A stretch of DNA of 64,000 nt from an uncultured Candidatus Micrarchaeota archaeon (GTDB lineage: Archaea > Micrarchaeota > Micrarchaeia > Anstonellales > Bilamarchaeaceae). The translations under genes were made by a program, and so were the position numbers. This document shows, piece after piece, positions 19,249 through 26,592 of this stretch (within the stretch, counting starts at the first letter, position 1; each line of letters opens with the position of its first letter). The notes beneath the pieces are model-generated. The model had not been told where the DNA came from. It searched no databases and worked only from the letters and a program-made list of their open reading frames with translations. The DNA lies in assembly GCA_963723105.1 (NCBI GenBank), contig CAVRPK010000004.1:4765-68764 (forward strand), given 5' to 3'.

Positions 19249-19755
19249 ATGCGAAATTTTCTGTTTGGTTTTTCATCTGGCCTCATAATCTTTTTCTTAA
19301 TCTCTACATTCTTTCTTCAACCTGAAATCAATCCTGTTTTTTCTCCTGAAGATGGATCTGAAATCATTAACCTAATCAAAAATGCAGAAGAATCTATTGA
19401 AATTGAAATGTATGTTTTTACTTCAAGAGATGTTGTTGATGAGCTGGAAAAAGCAAAAAACCGCGGAGTCAAAATTCGACTAATAATAGAACGAAGCACA
19501 ATCAGCGGAAGCAACAAACAAATTTTTGAAGAACTCCAGGCAAAGGGATTCAACGTCAGATATGCAAGCAAAACCTACAAGCTTACTCATTCCAAATTCA
19601 TGATTATTGACAATAAATCTGTCTTGGTAGGCTCTCACAATTTCAGCAATTCTGCTCTTTTCAAAAACCGGGAAGCATCAGTAATTATCTCTGAATCAAG
19701 TACAGTATCTGAATTCCTTTCTGTTTTCGAACTTGACTGGGCAATTGCATCATGA
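19249..19755 (+). CDS. Phospholipase D-family single-HKD nuclease (Nuc-like), membrane-anchored or secreted
   Basis: N-terminal hydrophobic segment GLIIFFLISTFFL. HKD motif HSKFMIIDNKSVLVGSHNFS. Its 168-aa size matches homodimeric Nuc-type endonucleases. Confidence 0.75.
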   Translation: MRNFLFGFSSGLIIFFLISTFFLQPEINPVFSPEDGSEIINLIKNAEESIEIEMYVFTSRDVVDELEKAKNRGVKIRLIIERSTISGSNKQIFEELQAKGFNVRYASKTYKLTHSKFMIIDNKSVLVGSHNFSNSALFKNREASVIISESSTVSEFLSVFELDWAIAS

Positions 19756-19756
19756 T

Positions 19757-19767
19757 CCATTTAAATT
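19757..19767 (+). promoter_or_regulatory. TATA box/BRE (CCATTTAAATT) for 19797 gene
   Basis: Lies about 34 nt upstream of ATG 19797. Confidence 0.45.
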
Positions 19768-19796
19768 TCTATTGTACCACAATGCTCTAAGAGACT

Positions 19797-20639
19797 ATGG
19801 CAAAAAGACTAATGCTTGGAAAAAATGAAAAGGTAGATATCAAAGAGCATTTAACGAAAAAAAAGCAGAAATATCAGCTTTTAGATGCAGACAAAATGCT
19901 TTCTATGGATACGAAAAAACTACCAATCAATGAAGCATGCGAACAGCTGCTTTCTAATTTATTCGGTAGCACTTCTTCTCCTGAAATAATAGATGCTGTT
20001 GCCGATTTCCTGAAAGAATCAACCTCTATGGATGATCTTGATATCCGAACCAAGCTAGTTCCCCAACTCCTTGCTTTATACTATCGCAGCATGCCAAAAA
20101 TGCGAACAACTCATAAAAAACCAAATCTTTCTTCGGCATTCATGGGTCTCTCTTCTGAAATGAGAAAGATGTCCATACAAGAATTAGGGAAATATAAGGT
20201 TGGAATTGTTTTTAGGAATTATGAAGAAGAAACCGGAAGAACTCATGATGTGAGGGTTTCACATTATGATTATGATCCAACTGGAAACGCACAGCCAACT
20301 CCTAATTTTGAAGGAATTCCAAATATGCGGACTGTATCAACATATGATTTTACTCTAAAGAGATTATGGACCGCAGATAGAATACTGAAAGCGTCTGCTA
20401 CAATCATTGCAGCGGCTGGAATTGCCTGGTATCTTGCTTCAGCATTTGGGTATCCGCCTCCGCACAGATTACTTGTTCCATCGCAGAGAACTGAACTTAT
20501 GCAAAATTATGAAGATGATTCCTGCAGAAGAATCGGCCCATTCCACAACCTTGGCGATTCCCTGCTATCAACAGAGATCAGCCTCAAGCGTGCAAAGATT
20601 CTTTGTGCTGAAGAATTATACAGAAAAAACAATCCCTAG
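19797..20639 (+). CDS. Hypothetical protein with one C-proximal TM (280 aa)
   Basis: ORF with TM ASATIIAAAGIAWYLASAFGY. No motif recognised. Confidence 0.5.
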   Translation: MAKRLMLGKNEKVDIKEHLTKKKQKYQLLDADKMLSMDTKKLPINEACEQLLSNLFGSTSSPEIIDAVADFLKESTSMDDLDIRTKLVPQLLALYYRSMPKMRTTHKKPNLSSAFMGLSSEMRKMSIQELGKYKVGIVFRNYEEETGRTHDVRVSHYDYDPTGNAQPTPNFEGIPNMRTVSTYDFTLKRLWTADRILKASATIIAAAGIAWYLASAFGYPPPHRLLVPSQRTELMQNYEDDSCRRIGPFHNLGDSLLSTEISLKRAKILCAEELYRKNNP

Positions 20640-21646
20640 CTTCTCTGGATGACATATCTTCCATAAAGCTTTGCAAATATCCTGTATTTGCCCCGGTCAA
20701 GCTTTACAATCTGCCCGCGATCCAGCAATCTTTTGATTAGTGCTGTTATTGGGCCAAGAGGCTTTCCAAGCTCTACTGCAATCTCAGATACATGCATGCT
20801 TTCATTTTTTGCAAGAACCAGCAGTATTTCTTTTTCAGCACCAGGAGTTTCCTGATACATTTTTCCAAACCATTCACGGGAGAGCATACTCATAATATAT
20901 GGAAGATAAGCAAGGTAATGTCCTTTTGAAATAACTTTTTCATTGTCCCGAAGCCTTGCATATATGTGGTGGCAGACTGTTTTGAAAAGAAGTGGATTTC
21001 CCTGTGTATCATTCATTATTGAGTTGAAGCATTCTTCTCCCATCTTTGGCGATTCCTTTCCAAGAGCTTTTTCAACAACTTCATGCCCCTCGTGCTCTTC
21101 AAATGCACCAATCTTCATTTTTTTGACTACTGAAGAGCTGAATTTGAATTCCCTGGTCGAGCTTAGTACAAAACCAGCTGTTTTTTCTCCCCAGACTTCC
21201 TTCAGTTCTTTTTCTATCTCTGAAATAGCATCATTTGACTTCTTCATTTTATCAATATCATCGATGAAAAACACAGTTCCAAAGTGTTTTCCGCCCATTT
21301 CAATGACTTCAATAAGCTCTTTCACTGTTTTTGGAGCTGTTTTGCCTATCTTGGCCCCTGGAATCACTCTCATTTCATTATATAACTTGTCTATAGTTAC
21401 TCCCAAGCTCTCTCCTTTCTCTACTTTGGTATATGGCGCTAGGATGCCGCTTTTCTCTGCCAAATAGCCAAAATGGCGAAGAAGTGTTGTTTTTCCAGTG
21501 CCAGGTACTCCAAATACTAAAATCCCTCCTCCTTGCTTTGAGGTTGCTTCATTTGCGAAACTGTTAAATATGCGAACTTCGTCTTTCCTACCAGCTATTT
21601 CTTTGGGGTTTTCGTCCCAAAGTACGAACGGATTTGGGCCTTTCAT
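20636..21646 (-). CDS. AAA+ 'archaeal ATPase' (Arch_ATPase/ORC-like) with C-terminal winged helix
   Basis: Walker A GVPGTGKTTLL and Walker B TVFFIDDIDK. The C-terminal ESMHVSEIAVELGKPLGPITALIKRLLDRGQIVKLDRGKYRI is wHTH-like. Confidence 0.7.
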   Translation of the reverse strand: MKGPNPFVLWDENPKEIAGRKDEVRIFNSFANEATSKQGGGILVFGVPGTGKTTLLRHFGYLAEKSGILAPYTKVEKGESLGVTIDKLYNEMRVIPGAKIGKTAPKTVKELIEVIEMGGKHFGTVFFIDDIDKMKKSNDAISEIEKELKEVWGEKTAGFVLSSTREFKFSSSVVKKMKIGAFEEHEGHEVVEKALGKESPKMGEECFNSIMNDTQGNPLLFKTVCHHIYARLRDNEKVISKGHYLAYLPYIMSMLSREWFGKMYQETPGAEKEILLVLAKNESMHVSEIAVELGKPLGPITALIKRLLDRGQIVKLDRGKYRIFAKLYGRYVIQRS

Positions 21647-21751
21647 TGCAAAACCTCATGTTTGTCAAAATATGATAAAAGTCCCCAATTCTCCGCAAAA
21701 ACGCTTGTTTTTGTTAAAATATCCATGTTCTTTACCACCGTGGTATTGTTT

Positions 21752-21790
21752 CTACAACAATAAACTACAACGTATGTAGTTTTTGTAGTT
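21752..21790. promoter_or_regulatory. Composite dyad element (2x CTACAAC, 2x GTAGTT) upstream of the giant-gene TATA
   Basis: CTACAAC occurs at 21752-58 and 21765-71, and GTAGTT at 21776-81 and 21785-90. Nested inverted repeats are AAACTAC (21762-68)/GTAGTTT (21776-82) and CTACAA (21752-57)/TTGTAG (21783-88). Confidence 0.45.
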
Positions 21791-21813
21791 TCTATAAGTA
21801 CTATGAACATAAA

Positions 21814-21824
21814 CATTTTTAAAG
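21814..21824 (+). promoter_or_regulatory. TATA box (CATTTTTAAAG) for giant gene
   Basis: Lies about 26 nt upstream of ATG 21846. Confidence 0.5.
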
Positions 21825-21845
21825 AACTGGAGACCCGAATTATCT

Positions 21846-24800
21846 ATGAGCGTTAACAAGTATGTTTTCGGAGCATTGGTGTTCCTATTACTGGTTGGCA
21901 GTGTATCTGCTGGCTTCTTTGGAGCACAAACCGATATGGAGAGTCAAGTAGTCGTAGTTCCAGACGAGACAGGTTTATTGCTGAACATCAGCGTATTGAC
22001 ATTTGAACCTGCAGTTAGTACTGGTGGAACTAATATCAGAGACGTCATGCAACAGATTGTTACTGACTGTCAGGCTGAAGGCGGGGATCTCCAAGCTTGT
22101 ATTAATAGAGAATCTATAGCAAGGACTGCTTCATCTACAGGCTACCAAATGAATCTAACTTCTCTTCAAAACGCTCGTGTTACTGTAGAAATTTACAATC
22201 CAATGACCCAAGGATATACTCAAGTTACTAACTGTGGGGACCTTACTACTAATATTCATGGACTTGCATCTATTCCTGCAGAATCTGGTCAAACTGAAAC
22301 AGTAGACAATTGGTACGCTCAATGTGATCTTTCTGAAGCTGTTGAAGGACAAACCCGCTCTTCATTTAGGGTAATGTATCTCCCAGCAGATTCTACTAAT
22401 ATCAGTATGAGTTTTACACAATACGAATATGACAATGCACAAGTATCTGTTTCAAGTGCATTCACAGCAAGCTTAAACAGTGCAATAAATGGACTTGCTC
22501 AGAGTGAAACACTTCCATGTGTTGGTGTATTCCTTATACTTGGACTTCTATTATCATCATTATACTTTTCAGGCAAGTCACCAATATCACTTCTTGATAT
22601 TACTACTCCAAGGCTACCTGCTCCAAAAGGTGTTACGGCCGGAGGACAAATGCTCATGCCTTTTGGTTATACGGAAATGAAAAGAACAACAAAGGCAAAG
22701 ATGGCAGCAGCTGCCGGTGCACTTGCTGTTTCTGCAGGTGCAATAGCAAATTCAAGAAGAGGAGATTCTGTTCTAAATAGATTAAATGGCAGAGTTGCAG
22801 GACTTAATGGAACTGCAGCAGACAGAGCAGCTGGAGATGTTGCAGAAGGAAGAAGAATCGCAAGTTCTCTCATTACAGCTGGTCGAACTGCCGGAATGAG
22901 CGAGCAGGAACTTGAGAGACTTGCAGCAAGACTACCATATCATTATGGAGACGAAGAGCACAGAACTATTGCTCAACTTCTCGAACGTCTACAAGGTATG
23001 GGCGGCAGAGAAAGATTAATGGCATTAACACTCAAGGACTATATGCTTGGTCTAAGACAATATCAATCTCTTGAAGTTCTTACAGCACATCCAGATATAG
23101 GAAAGAGAAGTGCAGTTCACCAGAGAATGTCCAACGTGCTTACAAAAACTGTTGGTGTTAACAGATATGCAATCATCGGTGGTTTTGTTCCTGGTACGCT
23201 TGACTCTACTGTCAGAACTGGAAGAGTAGTTGGAAGAATGGGTAAAGGAATGGTTACTCATGCTCCAGAGCTTGCAAAAGCAACTGCAAGGACAACAATG
23301 TCTATGCTCGGAGGCAGAAAGATAGCAGAAGAGCGTGGAAGAAGCGGATCTGCTGTTGCTTGGGTAAATCAACAAGCATCAAAGAATCCGGCATCACTTA
23401 TCATTGGACAGGCATTCCCTGTTAGTGACAAGATGGGCCATCTTTACAACCAGCTTAACAAAGAAGCTCACAACGACTCAATGAGATATGTGCTCAAGCA
23501 GCTCTACAAGAAAATGGGAATGAAATTCAATGTGTCTTCAGAAGAGCTTGCAACAATGGGACACATCGATGTTGATATCCTAAAAAGATCTGGATTCAAA
23601 CAAACCGCAGAACTTGCAGCACTTGAGAAAGAAATCGGAAGAGTACTTTCAAACTCTACATTCAACTCACAGCAAAAACTTTCTGCACTTACTAGTCTTG
23701 CAGAATCTCATGGAGCTCACATTGATCACCAGATGCTTCTCTTTGCACAAAAGCTTGAGGCAATCAACACCTCTGGACATGACGATCATGTCAAGCTTAT
23801 CATGCTTCAGGAGGAGATGGAAAGACAGAACAAAGTCAGGCTTGCAACCTATGCAACTGGCCATGTTAATGACGATACATTCGTCAGCCATGTTGGTGGA
23901 GACACACTTCGTGGAAGTCAGGTCTGGGAGACAATGGTTCTTCGTACTATGATCTATGATCATGAGAATGGACAGGTTCATGGTGGCGGAATTAAGGAAG
24001 AGCTTTTATCAGCCAGACTTAATGTTGCAAACAGACTTGGTTCACTTGATCCTTCATCTTCAATGCACGAGCTTCCAGAGCACATGAGAAATGCTGGTCA
24101 GCTCAAAGCAGTAACTGCAAGAAACAAGCACGACCTTATCGAACTTTTCACAGCAGAAGGGCGAGAAGCATTCCAGCGAAATCAAGGTAAAAGTATCACT
24201 ACTGCTTCAATCGGTGACATAGTTGGATTCATGGCTGGTGGTGAACTTAACCGTACTGGTCATGTTGACAAAAAAACTGGACGTATGGTTTGGTGGGGAG
24301 CTGATATGGAACTTGCTTCTCCAGCACACTTTACCAAGGTCGATACAAAGAGACACTGGGTTAAAGATCTTAATCCAGCAGAGAACTTTGCAATTGGTCA
24401 GTGGACTGAATCCAGAATGACTAAGAGCTATGTTCCTCACTTTGATGCAGCACAAGAAGCACAACTTGATAGAATGTCTGGTTCCAGTGGATGGACAAAT
24501 GAGCAGAGAACCAATGAGAAAAAGAAACTCATGGTAGCATCTGAACTTTCCAAAGATATGGAGCAAAGATTCAACTCACAGTTTGGCCACAACACATATG
24601 GAACAACAAGGGAAACTACGAGGTTCTATAATGGTGTACTTTCTGGCTTTATGGAAAAAGCTCTTGAAGAAAAAGGTCTTTCAGCAAATCATCCAGACCT
24701 TAGATTCATTAAAGAGATGGATACCACAAACCCAGATCATCTTGCAAAGCTTAGAGATCTTATGGTTACACACAAGAAAGAGTATGAAGCTGTTCTTAGT

Positions 24801-26555
24801 AGACCTGTTAGCTATGATGATATTGCAAAATCAAACAAAGCAATGGTCATGCTTCATGAAGGTGGTTTTGCATATTACTCTAAGGGTATGATGCTCAGTG
24901 ATGCAGACCGTGTCATGGCTGGAGAAGTTTCACTTCGAGATGACAAGGGCCAGCTTCGTAAATTCGTTCCAGAAGATGTTCCAGTCAACTTTGCTGGCCG
25001 TGATGACCTTATGAGACAATATCAAAAGGTCGGAGGATCTAAGGATCCAAATGAATGGAAATCATTCATAGGCGAAGCAACTAAATGGGCAAAGGAAGGT
25101 GGATACAGCTACGACAAGGAGAAGGTGCTTGCAGCAGTTCTCTGGAGTCAAGCCGGTGCAACTTATAACTACTCCGACTACTGGAAGCACAGTGCAGTTA
25201 CTGTTGCTCCAAAGAGAGAAGTTACTCCAATTGCACCATCTCCAATGAGATTCTTCGGAGCAGAAGGACATACATTCACTACTATGATGAAGCCATTTAG
25301 AGACATTGGACTTCATGGTGGGGACTACATTTCCAAAGTTGCACTTGCAGCAGGTGGTTCTCTACAGAAAGCATCCTATGATATTACTCCAACTTCAGAG
25401 TACTATAGGCAACACTCATGGCAACTTTCCAGCAAGATCATGTCTGGTCAGGATATGAAAGGTCTATCTGAAGCAGAGAAAGTAGCATACAGGAATGTTG
25501 CAACTCAGCACTACGCATATCACCAGGTGTGGGACTATGCAATCGACAGAAACCCATGGAGAACATCAACTTCATTTGGTACTCACCAATCATGGGCTTC
25601 ATTCTTCCACTTTGGTCCAGCATCAAACTTTGATGTTCGTGATAACCTTCGAGGATACATGGGCAAGGGTGAATATGCAAACTTCATGTCACTCTATGGT
25701 TTCCCAATGAATGCTGCTGCAAAGCTGATGAAACCTTATGCAGGTATGGTCAGAGGTATGCAGATGTCTATGCAAGGTTATGCATCCAAATGGGATCAAA
25801 CGCCTGATGCACTTAAGCAATGGAACTTCACTGAACCAAGACTTCGAGAAGCTATGCAGTCAATTAATCCATTTTCTGCTAAATGGTTCTCAGGTAAAAC
25901 TTCGGAGAGGGTTGCCAAGCTTAATGTCTTTGGTGGAAGTCTTGAGCAGCACCAGCTTGCAGGTAATGACTACATGGGTGGTCTTAAGCAGGCTCCTCAG
26001 GATATATTCCTACAGAGAAAGGGTGTTTATGCATCTGCTAGAACTGGTGAAACAAATCCAGGAGCTAGCTTCATGGACTATAGGGCAAACCTACACGTTG
26101 ATGCTCCAATGGCAGAGTACCTGATCAGAAACAACGAAGCAGCCTACAAATATGATAAACAGATTCAGTCTGAGGCTATGAACAACACCACAAGGAGAAC
26201 AGTTTCTGCTGAGGCACTTTCTCTTAGAAGAGATCAGGAGCTTCGTGGATTCGGCGCAATGCAGAACCCACTTTATGGTTGGGCTAACCCACTTGCATTC
26301 CTATGGCATGCACCGGTACCACTGTTCCCACAGTCACTTACTCCAAAGGATATCATTGGAAATGCAGTGAAGAAACACAAGCATGGCCATGGTGGATCTT
26401 GGGAGCAATCTGTTGCTAATGCAGGAACAGGAGTTGCTCGTGGAACAAAGAGGCTTCTACAACCCCATCTCATTGCAAGACAGGTCTACTGTCCTAAGTG
26501 TGGCCGTGGTGGTCTTAGAGGTGCAACCTGTCAGTGCGGACAGACCCTCTATTAG
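21846..26555 (+). CDS. Giant orphan membrane-tethered protein (1569 aa) with C-terminal zinc ribbon
   Basis: One uninterrupted 4.7-kb ORF. Signal/anchor FGALVFLLLVGSVSAG, a ~200-aa ectodomain, and TM LPCVGVFLILGLLLSSLYF. An A/G/R-rich linker leads into ~1250 aa rich in M/H/W/Y/G, ending in CPKCGRGGLRGATCQCG. No catalytic motif recognised. Confidence 0.8.
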   Translation: MSVNKYVFGALVFLLLVGSVSAGFFGAQTDMESQVVVVPDETGLLLNISVLTFEPAVSTGGTNIRDVMQQIVTDCQAEGGDLQACINRESIARTASSTGYQMNLTSLQNARVTVEIYNPMTQGYTQVTNCGDLTTNIHGLASIPAESGQTETVDNWYAQCDLSEAVEGQTRSSFRVMYLPADSTNISMSFTQYEYDNAQVSVSSAFTASLNSAINGLAQSETLPCVGVFLILGLLLSSLYFSGKSPISLLDITTPRLPAPKGVTAGGQMLMPFGYTEMKRTTKAKMAAAAGALAVSAGAIANSRRGDSVLNRLNGRVAGLNGTAADRAAGDVAEGRRIASSLITAGRTAGMSEQELERLAARLPYHYGDEEHRTIAQLLERLQGMGGRERLMALTLKDYMLGLRQYQSLEVLTAHPDIGKRSAVHQRMSNVLTKTVGVNRYAIIGGFVPGTLDSTVRTGRVVGRMGKGMVTHAPELAKATARTTMSMLGGRKIAEERGRSGSAVAWVNQQASKNPASLIIGQAFPVSDKMGHLYNQLNKEAHNDSMRYVLKQLYKKMGMKFNVSSEELATMGHIDVDILKRSGFKQTAELAALEKEIGRVLSNSTFNSQQKLSALTSLAESHGAHIDHQMLLFAQKLEAINTSGHDDHVKLIMLQEEMERQNKVRLATYATGHVNDDTFVSHVGGDTLRGSQVWETMVLRTMIYDHENGQVHGGGIKEELLSARLNVANRLGSLDPSSSMHELPEHMRNAGQLKAVTARNKHDLIELFTAEGREAFQRNQGKSITTASIGDIVGFMAGGELNRTGHVDKKTGRMVWWGADMELASPAHFTKVDTKRHWVKDLNPAENFAIGQWTESRMTKSYVPHFDAAQEAQLDRMSGSSGWTNEQRTNEKKKLMVASELSKDMEQRFNSQFGHNTYGTTRETTRFYNGVLSGFMEKALEEKGLSANHPDLRFIKEMDTTNPDHLAKLRDLMVTHKKEYEAVLSRPVSYDDIAKSNKAMVMLHEGGFAYYSKGMMLSDADRVMAGEVSLRDDKGQLRKFVPEDVPVNFAGRDDLMRQYQKVGGSKDPNEWKSFIGEATKWAKEGGYSYDKEKVLAAVLWSQAGATYNYSDYWKHSAVTVAPKREVTPIAPSPMRFFGAEGHTFTTMMKPFRDIGLHGGDYISKVALAAGGSLQKASYDITPTSEYYRQHSWQLSSKIMSGQDMKGLSEAEKVAYRNVATQHYAYHQVWDYAIDRNPWRTSTSFGTHQSWASFFHFGPASNFDVRDNLRGYMGKGEYANFMSLYGFPMNAAAKLMKPYAGMVRGMQMSMQGYASKWDQTPDALKQWNFTEPRLREAMQSINPFSAKWFSGKTSERVAKLNVFGGSLEQHQLAGNDYMGGLKQAPQDIFLQRKGVYASARTGETNPGASFMDYRANLHVDAPMAEYLIRNNEAAYKYDKQIQSEAMNNTTRRTVSAEALSLRRDQELRGFGAMQNPLYGWANPLAFLWHAPVPLFPQSLTPKDIIGNAVKKHKHGHGGSWEQSVANAGTGVARGTKRLLQPHLIARQVYCPKCGRGGLRGATCQCGQTLY

Positions 26556-26558
26556 TTC

Positions 26559-26565
26559 TTTTTTT
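26559..26565 (+). terminator. T7 run between the giant gene and the SLT gene (possible attenuating terminator)
   Basis: ttttttt starts 4 nt after the TAG stop, inside a 37-nt gap. Confidence 0.3.
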
Positions 26566-26592
26566 ATTTATTCTCTTTCATATTTTTAGTGT

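Noticed and set aside
20636-21845. ATPase as Orc1/Cdc6 with the adjacent spacer as a replication origin
   Set aside because: The protein is short (336 aa). I see no ORB-like repeats with G-strings and no extended AT-rich unwinding element. The dyad is more simply read as an operator. The idea is not excluded but is unsupported.
22155-26473. Numerous 60-128-aa ORFs on both strands inside the giant gene (for example 23614..23952, 24207..24566, 25738..26124)
   Set aside because: These are shadow ORFs within a continuous 1569-codon frame and have low-complexity or Cys/Leu-skewed composition.
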